From a virus (Duplodnaviria; Caudoviricetes), in the IMG/VR virus record IMGVR_UViG_3300021963_000318, positions 1 to 37,662 of that record: a DNA stretch of 37,662 nucleotides; one strand, given 5' to 3'. Below, piece after piece: positions 1 to 9,820 of the stretch. Position numbers and translations under genes: made by a program. Below the pieces are notes generated by a model. That model worked only from the letters and a program-made list of their open reading frames with translations. It searched no databases and had not been told where the DNA came from. Position 1 is the stretch's first letter. Every line of letters begins with the position of its first letter.

Positions 1-7
1 ATGCAAT

Positions 8-490
8 ATGATGCAGACACTAGTGAGAAAGGGACTTATTACAAAAGAGAACAAGCTCACCACACAAGGAATAGAGCTATTAAAGTTTGTAGAGTCTGAG
101 CAACCCATCAAGATTGTAAAAGCCACTTCTGCTAATGTTCAGTTTGAAGAGTGGTGGAAAACATTTCCAGGCACTGATACATTCACACACAAAGGCAAGA
201 AGTTTGAAGGATCTAGGAGTCTCAGACAGAATAAGGAAGAATGTAAAATAAGATTTGATAAGATAGTGCTTGAAGGAGAATATACAGTGGCTCAACTAAT
301 AGAAGCACTTAAATTTGATGTCCTTCAAAAGAAAGAAAACTCTGTTAAAACTAGCAACAACAAGCTTACGTTTATGCAGAACTCTCTCACCTATCTAAAT
401 CAAAGAAGCTTTGAACCATTTATTGAATTAATTAAAGAAGGAGCTAAGGTGGAAGAAGCTCCTAAAACTGCAGGAGGCACTGACATATGA
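8..490 (+). CDS. Putative replication initiator/helicase-loader-like protein, possibly 5'-truncated by the window edge
   Basis: FEEWWKTFP...TYLNQRSFE pattern resembles phage replisome-organizer C-terminal domains; ATGA overlap with the DnaB-like gene; frame is open to the window start. Confidence 0.45.
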   Translation: MMQTLVRKGLITKENKLTTQGIELLKFVESEQPIKIVKATSANVQFEEWWKTFPGTDTFTHKGKKFEGSRSLRQNKEECKIRFDKIVLEGEYTVAQLIEALKFDVLQKKENSVKTSNNKLTFMQNSLTYLNQRSFEPFIELIKEGAKVEEAPKTAGGTDI

Positions 491-1548
491 GTTTTGAACA
501 GCTAAGAAAAGAAGTGGAGCTAGGGCTGGAAGGACGCAATGGGGGTATTCCTATGGGATTTGACAGACTCAATAGATACATTGGTATCCGTAAGAGTATG
601 TATTTCCTTGTGGGCGGCTTAACGGGCTCAGGTAAGACATCCTTCATAGATGATGCATTTGTGCTAAATCCATTTGATTGGTATATTGCTCAAAAAGACC
701 CAGGCATTAAATTACGCATCATCTATCGCTCTATGGAGCGCACAAGAGTGTATAAGATGGCTAAATGGGTGAGCAGAAGAATATTTCTAGATCATGGAAT
801 AATAGTTCCTGTTCCTAGACTGTTAGGCTGGACAGAAAAGATGAGCAAAGATGAACATGACCTATTTCTAATGTATGAAGATTATATTGGAAACATGTCA
901 GAAACCATCACCATCATTGATGGACCAGAGAATCCTGTAGGTATTGCAAAAGAATTAAAGGCGCACGCTCTTCAAAATGGGCGCATTGAGCAAATAGATG
1001 AGTATAATAAGCGCTATTTCCCCACTCATGAGAACGAAATAACTATTGTTGTATTAGATCACATTGGTCTACTTAAAACCACTAAGGACCAGACTACCAA
1101 GAAGCAGGCTATTGATAAAATGTCAGATGAGCTTAGATATGCTCGTGACTTTTATGGGTATACACCAGTGGTGGTGAGTCAGTTCAATCGTGATATTAGC
1201 AATCCCATTCGTATTAAAAATGGGGATGTTGAACCTCAACTAGAAGACTTTGCAGAGAGCTCTCAAACCCAAAATGATGCTGATGTTGTATTAGCCCTGT
1301 TTGATCCTATGCGCTATAAGGTGGCAGACCCTAGTGGTTATGACCTAAGCAAACTAAAAGATGACTATGGAGCTAAGTATTTTAGAAGCCTTAGGCTTAT
1401 TAAGAATAGCTATGGTGAAGATGATGTTCGTATTGGTTTGGGCTTTTTAGGCCAAATAGGCATGTTCAAAGAGCTTCCAAAGAAATCTAGTATGACAGAA
1501 GCTGATTATGAGGCTATTGTGAATAAAACATATTTTTTAAACAATTAA
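487..1548 (+). CDS. dnaB: DnaB-like (SF4) replicative helicase
   Basis: Walker A GLTGSGKT, Walker B VVLDHIG, SQFNR motif, QNDADVV, KNSYG arginine-finger region. Confidence 0.85.
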   Translation: MSFEQLRKEVELGLEGRNGGIPMGFDRLNRYIGIRKSMYFLVGGLTGSGKTSFIDDAFVLNPFDWYIAQKDPGIKLRIIYRSMERTRVYKMAKWVSRRIFLDHGIIVPVPRLLGWTEKMSKDEHDLFLMYEDYIGNMSETITIIDGPENPVGIAKELKAHALQNGRIEQIDEYNKRYFPTHENEITIVVLDHIGLLKTTKDQTTKKQAIDKMSDELRYARDFYGYTPVVVSQFNRDISNPIRIKNGDVEPQLEDFAESSQTQNDADVVLALFDPMRYKVADPSGYDLSKLKDDYGAKYFRSLRLIKNSYGEDDVRIGLGFLGQIGMFKELPKKSSMTEADYEAIVNKTYFLNN

Positions 1549-1560
1549 AAACTACAAACT

Positions 1561-1911
1561 ATGGCAAGGACTAAACAAGACATGATTAATGAGATCATTG
1601 CTTATTTCGATTTTGAGGAAGTGCAGAATTATAGGCACAAACTTGGAGAAGGTAATTTTAACCCTGAGGACAAAACTTTAGGATCTTTGAGAGAATCTGC
1701 TCGTGAGGTACTTAGTGATGTATTAGATTTAGATAATCTATCCACTTATTATAGTGAGCAGGGTGTATACACAGACCAGAGTGCAGGATTTCTGGCTATT
1801 GTTACATTCAAGCCTAATAAGAAGAAGAAAATCACTATGGATGATATTATAAACCTAGAGCTCCATTATTCAATTGCAGCTGCGTCAGCTGATGAAGATG
1901 TTTGGTATTAA
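1561..1911 (+). CDS. Hypothetical protein
   Basis: 116 aa ORF packed in the operon with an A-rich leader. Confidence 0.6.
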   Translation: MARTKQDMINEIIAYFDFEEVQNYRHKLGEGNFNPEDKTLGSLRESAREVLSDVLDLDNLSTYYSEQGVYTDQSAGFLAIVTFKPNKKKKITMDDIINLELHYSIAAASADEDVWY

Positions 1912-1922
1912 AACAACAACTA

Positions 1923-2120
1923 ATGAACATAAAACTATTTAGCACAGCTCCACACTCCACAGACACATTTTGGCAGATTGTGATTGTGCCAACAATAAGT
2001 GTGCTTAGAAACAATGCGCCTGAAGGAGCTTACACTGTGTGCAGTGTTGAGTGGTTATTCTGGTCACTAACATTTGTAATCAATGACATTAAGAGATCAA
2101 AGACAGCAGGAATTTGCTGA
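1923..2120 (+). CDS. Hypothetical small protein
   Basis: In-frame ATG at 1923 after an A-rich leader; overlaps the next gene. Confidence 0.5.
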   Translation: MNIKLFSTAPHSTDTFWQIVIVPTISVLRNNAPEGAYTVCSVEWLFWSLTFVINDIKRSKTAGIC

Positions 2121-3186
2121 TATGTGGCTAAACCATGGGATGTATGGTATTCTTCATCTATGTCCTAGGTTTGGTAAAATATACACCACCATCAACATTC
2201 TTGAGAAAATTAAGCCTAAGGTTAAAAGTGTGCTTATTGCCTATCCAGACAACAAAATCAAGGATTCTTGGAAAAAGGACTTTGAAGCTCGTGGATATGA
2301 TGATAGCCATGTCACATACACCACCCATCTATCGCTTAAAAAGCACTTAGAAAAGCAGTTTGACCTCATTGTTATAGATGAGATACATCTGCTCTCAGAA
2401 GCCCAAATAGAGGCTGCTAGAGAGATGATAGATAAGCACATGGAGTTTAGCCACGTGGGAGGACATGTTTTAGGCCTTACAGGCACACTCTCTAGCTTTA
2501 CAGAGAAAACACTACGTGAGGAACTAGAACTTTGTGTAGTGGCTGAATACTCAATAGACCAGGCTATAAAAGAGGGTGTTATTGTAGACTATGAAATCAC
2601 TGTTGTGAGTGTTCCTTTGGATAATAAACGCAAACAGAAGTATAAGTCTGGATATAGAACAGAGAAAGCACAATTTGTGGCTTATGGATATGTTATAGAC
2701 AGTTTAGAAAGACAGGGAAAAGCCACCATGTTTCTTAGACTAGCTAGAATGCGTATTATTCAAAACAGCATAGCTAAGATGGAGAAAACTAGAGACCTCT
2801 TACGAAAGCACAGAGATGAACGTGTGCTTGTGTTCTGTGGTGTCACCAAAATAGCTGATACATTAGGCATCCCTAGCTACCATTCAAAGAAAGAAGAGAA
2901 AAAGATATTTGATGATTTTGTAGCTGGTAAGGGTAAACACCTGGCTGTCGTAAAGATTGGTAATACAGGAGTGACATATAAACCTCTTAACTACGTAATC
3001 ATCAACTATTTTGATAGCAATGGTGAGAACCTAGCACAGAAGATCAATAGGTGTATGGCTATGGAATATGATAATCCAGACAAAAAAGCACACATATACA
3101 TCGTGTGTAGTGATGAAGATGTAGAAAAGAAATGGCTGAAGAAAGCCTTAGAATTCTTTGACAAAACAAAAATTAAATACATATGA
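2083..3186 (+). CDS. Superfamily 2 (DExH) helicase
   Basis: Q-like motif LRDQRQ, motif I PRFGK, DEIH, GLTGT, VLVFC, QKINR. Confidence 0.8.
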   Translation: MTLRDQRQQEFADMWLNHGMYGILHLCPRFGKIYTTINILEKIKPKVKSVLIAYPDNKIKDSWKKDFEARGYDDSHVTYTTHLSLKKHLEKQFDLIVIDEIHLLSEAQIEAAREMIDKHMEFSHVGGHVLGLTGTLSSFTEKTLREELELCVVAEYSIDQAIKEGVIVDYEITVVSVPLDNKRKQKYKSGYRTEKAQFVAYGYVIDSLERQGKATMFLRLARMRIIQNSIAKMEKTRDLLRKHRDERVLVFCGVTKIADTLGIPSYHSKKEEKKIFDDFVAGKGKHLAVVKIGNTGVTYKPLNYVIINYFDSNGENLAQKINRCMAMEYDNPDKKAHIYIVCSDEDVEKKWLKKALEFFDKTKIKYI

Positions 3187-3521
3187 TAAAGTTTATCTGC
3201 CAGTATTGTGGCAAGGATACATCAGAGGTGGATATTGACTATCTAGCTGGTACAGACCATTTAGGCTGTTATCTAGAAGCAAGAAAAGCTGAAGATGAAA
3301 TAGACCACTGTGTGTTATGTGGCGTAGAAACCCCTTATAAGCGTTCTACACACATTGACATGAGAATAGGATATATTGAGGGAGCTGGACAGCTGTGCAA
3401 ATCCTGTTATGACAGAGGCACAGAAAGAAGACAAATAGTGATTCCAGCAGACATCATCTATAACACTCCTAATGATATGGAATTAGGAGCAAAGGTGAGA
3501 AGAATCTATAACAATCAATAA
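3183..3521 (+). CDS. Zinc-ribbon hypothetical protein
   Basis: CQYC...HLGC and CVLC...CKSC pairs. Confidence 0.55.
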   Translation: MIKFICQYCGKDTSEVDIDYLAGTDHLGCYLEARKAEDEIDHCVLCGVETPYKRSTHIDMRIGYIEGAGQLCKSCYDRGTERRQIVIPADIIYNTPNDMELGAKVRRIYNNQ

Positions 3522-3531
3522 AACAAAACAC

Positions 3532-3759
3532 ATGAAAAAAGAAAAAACAGCAGAACTACGCATCACTTGTTTTGAGGATCAACAATGCAAAATAGAACTT
3601 GGTGGAGAATATTCAGAACTAGCATCAGCACTTGCTTCTCTTATAGAGCAAGCAGATGAAGACAATCCTGTGTACAAAATACTGATAACAGTGTTTGGTT
3701 CTATAGAGCTAGAGAAGGTGTGTAAGAGTTTGTCCAGTGATGATGATAATATCATCTAA
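3532..3759 (+). CDS. Hypothetical protein
   Basis: 75 aa ORF in the operon. Confidence 0.55.
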   Translation: MKKEKTAELRITCFEDQQCKIELGGEYSELASALASLIEQADEDNPVYKILITVFGSIELEKVCKSLSSDDDNII

Positions 3760-3765
3760 GATTTA

Positions 3766-3797
3766 TTTGGAAATCACTAATAATTTCACTATATTTA
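3766..3797 (+). promoter_or_regulatory. Bacteroidota sigma-type promoter (-33/-7)
   Basis: TTTG-N20-TATATTTA in the intergenic gap, one mismatch to TAnnTTTG. Confidence 0.6.
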
Positions 3798-3818
3798 CAG
3801 CAAAAATAACAATTAATC

Positions 3819-4490
3819 ATGGCAAGCAAACTCATCGGGATTGTGGGGCCCACTGGCACAGGTAAATCCACTGCTATCAAGCACCTTGATCCCAAAACAA
3901 CCTACATTATTAACGTAGCAAAAAAAGAGCTCCCATTCAAAGGAGCAGAAAAACTCTACAACGCAGAAAGCAGAAACTACAAAGAGGTGTCTGAAGCAAC
4001 AGAAATTACAAGACTGCTAAAGACTATTTCCGACAAAGCTCCTCACATCAAAACTATTGTTATTGAGGACAGCAATTATATCATGGGCTTTAACATTGTG
4101 TCTAAAGCTACAGAAACTGGTTATGCTAAGTTTAGCTTAATGGCTAAAGACATGACAGAGCTGCTTATGCAAACCAGAGAACTTAGAGAAGACCTTACAA
4201 CATTCTACTTAACACATCCTGAAATCATTGAGGATGGTGGAGATATTGTAGGCTATAAGATTAAAACTGCAGGCAAGCTGATTGATAATCAGATTGTTAT
4301 GGAGGGACTTATGTCTATTTGTCTTTACACGCACGTAGAAGAGAATAAAGATGGAAGCGCTAGCTATCATCTGCTCACTAACAGATTTAAAAAATATCCT
4401 GCAAAAAGTCCTGATGGAATGTTTGAAGATATCAAAATTCCTAATAACTTGCAGCTTGTATTAGACAAAGTAAAAGAGTATTATCAATAA
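3819..4490 (+). CDS. AAA-domain P-loop ATPase (AAA_24/Sak4-like)
   Basis: GPTGTGKST, IVIED, FYLTH, KIKTAGK, AKSPDGMF, typical of crAss-like replication ATPases. Confidence 0.75.
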   Translation: MASKLIGIVGPTGTGKSTAIKHLDPKTTYIINVAKKELPFKGAEKLYNAESRNYKEVSEATEITRLLKTISDKAPHIKTIVIEDSNYIMGFNIVSKATETGYAKFSLMAKDMTELLMQTRELREDLTTFYLTHPEIIEDGGDIVGYKIKTAGKLIDNQIVMEGLMSICLYTHVEENKDGSASYHLLTNRFKKYPAKSPDGMFEDIKIPNNLQLVLDKVKEYYQ

Positions 4491-4509
4491 CAATTAAAAC
4501 CTAGAAATC

Positions 4510-5379
4510 ATGTCAAACATTGGAGGCAAATTAAAAGAACAAGCACAACTACCAGAATTCACCAAGAAGGTGGGATTATTTGAAGCAAAGGTGATTGCTG
4601 TCAATCCCACAGCAGAAGAGTACAAGGACCTATTGGACATTGAGCTTAAAGAAGACAGCAAAGCTGTTGAGTATTTAGGGGAGAGTTTAGAGGGAAACAC
4701 AAAGCTTCGTTTGGACTTTTGGTTGAAAGAAATCAAGAGTGGAGACAAATTCAAGCTCACATTCTTCTTAGAGAACAAAGAGAAGGAAAACAAAGATGGT
4801 ACTAAAAAGCAATACATCAATGCTGTAGGTACCACCACATGGTCTGAGGATGCAGACAGTCTTCCTGATTGGTTTGCAAAGCGTGACTATCGTGTAGCAT
4901 TTGTAGGAGAAGATGAACTCTATAACTTCCTACGCACATGGTTGGGTAATCTAGACTATCGTGATGCAGAAACCACATTACAGCTTGATTGGAAACCACT
5001 GATGAAGGGTAATGTAAAAGACCTCAAGAATCTTGTAGGAGGTTCTCTCACTACTAATGTTGTAGCTATGGCCACTATTAAAACTGTAGTGAAAGAAGAT
5101 GGTACAAGAGAATATCAAGGAGTTTATAACAAAGGATTCCTTCCTTCTTATAGTTTAAAAAGCTTCCGCCTTGTAAACTATACAGATGCAAGTGTGGTGG
5201 ATAAACTACGTAAGAAGAAATCAAAAGATTTAAAGCCTCATGAGCGTTTTGTTGTAAACATTACAGGTGAATATGGCTGTAAAGATTTCTTTGTCTTAAA
5301 AGATTTGAGAGATTATAACGCTGGTGATAACTTTGTTGCTTCTGACAAAGCTATTGCTGATGATGATTCAACATATTGA
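4510..5379 (+). CDS. Putative single-stranded DNA-binding protein
   Basis: Sits between ATPase and primase; VIAVNPT N-terminal motif, beta-rich, acidic tail ADDDSTY. Confidence 0.45.
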   Translation: MSNIGGKLKEQAQLPEFTKKVGLFEAKVIAVNPTAEEYKDLLDIELKEDSKAVEYLGESLEGNTKLRLDFWLKEIKSGDKFKLTFFLENKEKENKDGTKKQYINAVGTTTWSEDADSLPDWFAKRDYRVAFVGEDELYNFLRTWLGNLDYRDAETTLQLDWKPLMKGNVKDLKNLVGGSLTTNVVAMATIKTVVKEDGTREYQGVYNKGFLPSYSLKSFRLVNYTDASVVDKLRKKKSKDLKPHERFVVNITGEYGCKDFFVLKDLRDYNAGDNFVASDKAIADDDSTY

Positions 5380-5403
5380 TTCCTCCTCTGCTGTTCCTCA
5401 ACA

Positions 5404-5437
5404 AGCCCCTGTCAGAAGTGATGGGGGCTAATTTTTT
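5404..5437 (+). terminator. Rho-independent terminator
   Basis: AGCCCCTGTCA-GAAG-TGATGGGGGCT stem-loop followed by AATTTTTT. Confidence 0.7.
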
Positions 5438-5442
5438 AAGAA

Positions 5443-6447
5443 ATGATTAAAGGGAAAATTAAAAAGCCACTACTGGCTGAATCCATTCTTGATAAGATAA
5501 GTGAATACGACATATTTATGTTCTATATGCCTCATAAAGGCTGGAAGCTGAATGTGGTGACACTATCTCCATTTAGAAATGAGCGCAATCCCTCCTTTAT
5601 AATAGGTAATAAACATGGCAAGCTTACATACATAGATTTTGCTGACACAAGCAAGCGTGGAGATTGTTTCACATTCGTTCAACAGCTCTTCAATCTAGCT
5701 GGTATGAGAGATGTTCTTCTGATGATAGACAGAGATTTCAAACTTGGTATATCTACAGGAGAGATGACAGAGGAATATAAAAAGATAACCTCTGCTTATA
5801 AACAACCAGAGAATTTAGGTAAACGCTATTCCCTCATACAAGTGGTGACACGCAATTTTACACAAGAAGAACTAGCCTATTGGAACCAGTATCATCAAGA
5901 CATTGAGGATTTGAAGAAAAACCAGGTGTATGCTATTAAGAAGCTCTATTTCAACAAAGCTCTCTATCCCTTAAAGGATACAGAGCTGAGATTTGGGTAT
6001 TTCTATGATGGACATTGGAAGATATACCGTCCTTTTGGTGATAAGAAAAGCAAATGGGTGCCCAATAATGTTCCTATTACAGTGATGGATGGTAAAGAGG
6101 ATATTGTCAATTGTGAAACAGCTTTCATTAACAAGAGTAAGAAAGACTATATGGTGATGAAAAAGGTGTTTCCTTGCTGTTGTGCTGTCCAAAATGAGGG
6201 CGTAGGATGTTTTTCTCCAGAGAACGTAGAATATTTAAAAGCCAACTCTGATAGACAAATCCTGAGCTTTGACTCAGATGTTACAGGTGTTAAGAACAGC
6301 CAGCAAATTACAAAGCTGTTTGATTTTGGATATGTGAATGTTCCAAAACGCTATTTAAAGGAAGACATAAAGGATTGGGCTGATTTAGCCAAAACCTATG
6401 GTCTCAAGAGAATTGAAGACTATTTACGATTTAAAACTATTTTATAA
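5443..6447 (+). CDS. DNA primase (DnaG/TOPRIM, crAss-like type)
   Basis: SPFRNERNPSF...YIDFA...GDCF N-terminal domain, FDSD and KDWAD TOPRIM motifs. Confidence 0.8.
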   Translation: MIKGKIKKPLLAESILDKISEYDIFMFYMPHKGWKLNVVTLSPFRNERNPSFIIGNKHGKLTYIDFADTSKRGDCFTFVQQLFNLAGMRDVLLMIDRDFKLGISTGEMTEEYKKITSAYKQPENLGKRYSLIQVVTRNFTQEELAYWNQYHQDIEDLKKNQVYAIKKLYFNKALYPLKDTELRFGYFYDGHWKIYRPFGDKKSKWVPNNVPITVMDGKEDIVNCETAFINKSKKDYMVMKKVFPCCCAVQNEGVGCFSPENVEYLKANSDRQILSFDSDVTGVKNSQQITKLFDFGYVNVPKRYLKEDIKDWADLAKTYGLKRIEDYLRFKTIL

Positions 6448-6464
6448 CAAACAAACCAGAAAAC

Positions 6465-7214
6465 ATGGAAACTAAAAAGTCCTATGTGACAGCAAAGGAT
6501 ATTTTGTTAACAGCAGAACTTCCATTGCAAACAAAAACCTATAAGCCTGTTTCTCACCAACAGCTTATGGATCTCACGTTAGAGAGCATATATCAAGCAG
6601 GATTTGAACTAGAAGAAGAAAAATACTCTGCAGCAAAAGGTGGTGATGTAGCAAATGGTAGATATGTCATTAAGAATGTAGCAGATAGTGAAATGAAACT
6701 ACAAATTGGATGGCAGAATAGCTATGATAAGAGTATGAGTCTTAAATTTGCTGTTGGTACACACATTATAGTGTGTGCAAATGGTTGTGTTTCAGGAGAT
6801 TATGGTGCTTTTAAGAAGAAGCACGTTGGAGAGGTGCAGCTCTTTGCTCCTGTTGCCATAACAGAATATATTAAACAGGCAGGTGATGCCTTTGCTAAAA
6901 TGCAAAGAGATCGTGAACTAATGAAACAAAGAGAGGTGAGCAGACGCACTTGTGCTGAGCTTATTGGTAGAATGATTATTGAAGAAGATATTATTGAAAG
7001 CACACAGCTCAATATTATTAGAGGTCAAATAGACAATCCATCTTTTGACTATGGTGCATCAGGCAGTTTGTGGGAGCTCTATCAGCACACTACATTCTCC
7101 ATGAAAGAGGTGCATCCAAGTGTATGGATGAGAAATCATATTAACGCACATAAATTCTTTGTAGATGCTTTGGGAGAAGTTTCAAGACCAGTTCCACGAG
7201 AGCTGGCATGCTAA
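6465..7214 (+). CDS. DUF932-like protein
   Basis: YKPVSH, NSYDKSMS, VCANG motifs and SLWELYQ helix. Confidence 0.6.
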   Translation: METKKSYVTAKDILLTAELPLQTKTYKPVSHQQLMDLTLESIYQAGFELEEEKYSAAKGGDVANGRYVIKNVADSEMKLQIGWQNSYDKSMSLKFAVGTHIIVCANGCVSGDYGAFKKKHVGEVQLFAPVAITEYIKQAGDAFAKMQRDRELMKQREVSRRTCAELIGRMIIEEDIIESTQLNIIRGQIDNPSFDYGASGSLWELYQHTTFSMKEVHPSVWMRNHINAHKFFVDALGEVSRPVPRELAC

Positions 7215-7884
7215 AATGAAACCATTTATTGAAAGTGAAGAATGTGACAAGATTTATGAGTTTTTGAAAAGGGAGAGTAAGAGGGGTAAGCAAATTGCCC
7301 CTCTTTCTAGCTCCACCTTTAGAGCTTTTAAAGAAACCCGTCTAGATAGACTATATGTCATTATGATTGGTATGTGTCCCTATCACACCTTCAAAGATGG
7401 TGGTCCTGTAGCTGATGGACTGCTTATGGGCTGTTCTGTTACAGGCTATCCTCAACCCTCTTTACAGAAGTTTTACGAAGGTCTGGAAAGTGAATTTTAT
7501 AACGGGCTAGGCTTAGAGATTAAGAAAAATCCAGATGTGGGCTATTTAGCCAGACAGGGTGTTCTAATGCTTAACGCAGCACTTACAACAGAAATGAATA
7601 AGGCAGGCTCACATATTGCTTTATGGGAACCATTCACCAAATATCTGCTTGAGAACGTGCTAGATACAGCTGGTGTTCCCATCATATTCTTAGGCAAAGA
7701 TGCTGCTAGGTATGAACGTTATGTTCCACCATTTACATGGTCTTTCACTCTGTCCCATCCAGCCAGTGCTTCCTATAAGCAAACTGATTGGGATACACAG
7801 GGAGTGTTTAAGAAGGTGAGTGAGATTGTTAAACAAAACAATGGTGTAGAGATAGACTGGTTAGACACCACCCCACCATTTTAA
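7165..7884 (+). CDS. ung: Family-1 uracil-DNA glycosylase-like protein with an atypical active site
   Basis: GMCPYH (canonical GQDPYH), ADGL, PQPSL, ARQGVLMLNAALT, SHPAS. Confidence 0.8.
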   Translation: MLWEKFQDQFHESWHAKMKPFIESEECDKIYEFLKRESKRGKQIAPLSSSTFRAFKETRLDRLYVIMIGMCPYHTFKDGGPVADGLLMGCSVTGYPQPSLQKFYEGLESEFYNGLGLEIKKNPDVGYLARQGVLMLNAALTTEMNKAGSHIALWEPFTKYLLENVLDTAGVPIIFLGKDAARYERYVPPFTWSFTLSHPASASYKQTDWDTQGVFKKVSEIVKQNNGVEIDWLDTTPPF

Positions 7885-7885
7885 A

Positions 7886-7917
7886 TTTGGAAATGTCGTA
7901 AAAGTTGTGTATATTTG
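7886..7917 (+). promoter_or_regulatory. Bacteroidota sigma-type promoter
   Basis: TTTG-N20-TATATTTG, 9 nt before ATG 7927. Confidence 0.75.
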
Positions 7918-7926
7918 TACAACTGT

Positions 7927-8328
7927 ATGAAAACCAAGAAGAAACGTAAGTCTAACAAGCCAAGGGTTGTACGCACAAGAAATGCTGGTACAATGACAGA
8001 ATCAGCATTCTGGAGCTTTATACGTAGTGCTCTAAGACAAAAGAGCAGATGGTGGAAACCTATATTGCAATGCAAACTAGAAGCTCGTAGAGCATATAAA
8101 GGACCTAATAAGCGCCAGAAGTATGAATATCAGTGTAAAAGCTGCGAGAGATGGTTCCAAGAGAAGAAAATTAATGTGGACCATATAATCCCAGCAGGAA
8201 GCCTAAACTGTGCAGCAGACCTTCCAGGCTTTGTAGAACGTTTATTCTGTGAAAAGGACAACTTACAGGTGTTATGTTCTGATTGTCACGATGAAAAAAC
8301 AAAACTAGAGAAAAATGGAAAAGTTTAA
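7927..8328 (+). CDS. HNH endonuclease-like protein
   Basis: CKSC...VDHIIP...NLQVLCSDCHDEKT; ATG 7927 preferred because the longer TTG start lies inside the promoter. Confidence 0.8.
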   Translation: MKTKKKRKSNKPRVVRTRNAGTMTESAFWSFIRSALRQKSRWWKPILQCKLEARRAYKGPNKRQKYEYQCKSCERWFQEKKINVDHIIPAGSLNCAADLPGFVERLFCEKDNLQVLCSDCHDEKTKLEKNGKV

Positions 8329-8554
8329 TCAGATAGTGATTAACGAAGAGCCTTCCTTTACAGAAATCTGGCATGAAGGATATGTAAAGGTGGATGGAGA
8401 ACGTCATTATTTCTGGTTAATTCACCCTCAGGGAGTTGATCCTAGAGGTAATGAATATGCTCCAGAGGTGAGATGGTTCTTTGGCAGAGTGCCTAAGGAG
8501 GTGAGAGTGATGTACAATGCTATTATTGAAGCATTTAAACAGAAACAGAAATGA
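8315..8554 (+). CDS. Hypothetical protein
   Basis: Overlapping operon packing. Confidence 0.6.
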   Translation: MEKFNQIVINEEPSFTEIWHEGYVKVDGERHYFWLIHPQGVDPRGNEYAPEVRWFFGRVPKEVRVMYNAIIEAFKQKQK

Positions 8555-8808
8555 TAGTGCAAACAGTGCACGAAATCTTAAATCCCTTTGATGTAGAAGT
8601 GAAGGACTTGGGGTATGGAGTGGCCTTATTCATGATTGTGGGTAGCATCCATTCTAATCCTCAGTTTATTGTACGCTTTTACAACACTGGAATATTAAGA
8701 ACCGTAGATCAAAATGACCTGCAAGTGTATGGTAATCCAACAGCAGGAGAATCTTTAAAACCACAAACAAATGATAAAAGGAGCAGTGAAAACAGAAGCT
8801 GTCTATAG
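8551..8808 (+). CDS. Hypothetical protein
   Basis: ATGA overlap with the upstream gene. Confidence 0.6.
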   Translation: MIVQTVHEILNPFDVEVKDLGYGVALFMIVGSIHSNPQFIVRFYNTGILRTVDQNDLQVYGNPTAGESLKPQTNDKRSSENRSCL

Positions 8809-9820
8809 AGCAGTGCTATTAGACAGTTCGTCCAGCTTAAAAGAGTTTAGCTTGGACAGGAAGAAATACTATCGTAAATATGTCCTAGGGGAGGATGTAG
8901 AAGACAAAGATACACAAGCTGCTACAATGGGCAGACTTGTAGAAACCCTGCTTATGGAACCTGATGAGTTTGATAAGCGTTTCTTTATGTCTTCTTGTGT
9001 AGAAGCCCCATCAGCTCTTATGCTAGCTTTTGTAAATGCTTTGTATAAGCACACAAAAGATGCTACAGATGAGGATGGTGCAGTGACTAGAACATTTGAG
9101 GAGCTATCCAGAGCAGCATATGTTGATTCAGGATTTAAGATTAAATATGACGCTGTAATAGCTAAGTTTGTAGGCTCTGATGCTGAGGTGTATTACAATG
9201 AGATGCGTACAGTGAAAGCCAATGGACTAAGTGTAGTGACAGGAGAGGATGTAAATAACGCTGAGAAGATTGTAGAAGAGCTACGCAACAATTCTGTTAC
9301 AAAGGACATTGTGAATCTGGTGAACAGTAAGCGTTATAGTGTATATAATCAGCTTCAAGTGGAAAACTATGAAGTGGCTGGACATGCTTTCAAAAGCATG
9401 ATGGACAAGGTGATCGTTGATCACGAACAGCAAACAATACAGGTGTACGACCTAAAATGCACATGGAGTGTGGAGAACTTCCTAGAGGAATACTATCTCT
9501 ATCGTAGAGCTTATATTCAAGCCTATTTGTATACAATGGCTGCAGCAGCATTCAGAGATACAAAAGAGGAGCTAGAAGGATATAAGGTGTTACCTCCTAG
9601 ATTTATTGTTTGTGACAGCACCAACTATTACAATCCCTTGGTTTATACGCTTTCTGAGCAGGATTTAACAGATGCATATGAGGGCTTCACTCATAAGAAC
9701 AGAGAGTATAAGGGTGTGGGTGAAATCATTGAAGACCTGAAATGGGCTCTTGAGAACAATGTATGGAACCTATCTAGAGAGAATTTTGAAAACAATGGAC
9801 TTGTAAAAATTAGAAAATGA
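8771..9820 (+). CDS. PD-(D/E)XK exonuclease (RecE/exonuclease VIII-like)
   Basis: SSSSLKEF, MGRLVE, KSMMD...YDLKCT, YIQAYLY motifs. Confidence 0.75.
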   Translation: MIKGAVKTEAVYRAVLLDSSSSLKEFSLDRKKYYRKYVLGEDVEDKDTQAATMGRLVETLLMEPDEFDKRFFMSSCVEAPSALMLAFVNALYKHTKDATDEDGAVTRTFEELSRAAYVDSGFKIKYDAVIAKFVGSDAEVYYNEMRTVKANGLSVVTGEDVNNAEKIVEELRNNSVTKDIVNLVNSKRYSVYNQLQVENYEVAGHAFKSMMDKVIVDHEQQTIQVYDLKCTWSVENFLEEYYLYRRAYIQAYLYTMAAAAFRDTKEELEGYKVLPPRFIVCDSTNYYNPLVYTLSEQDLTDAYEGFTHKNREYKGVGEIIEDLKWALENNVWNLSRENFENNGLVKIRK

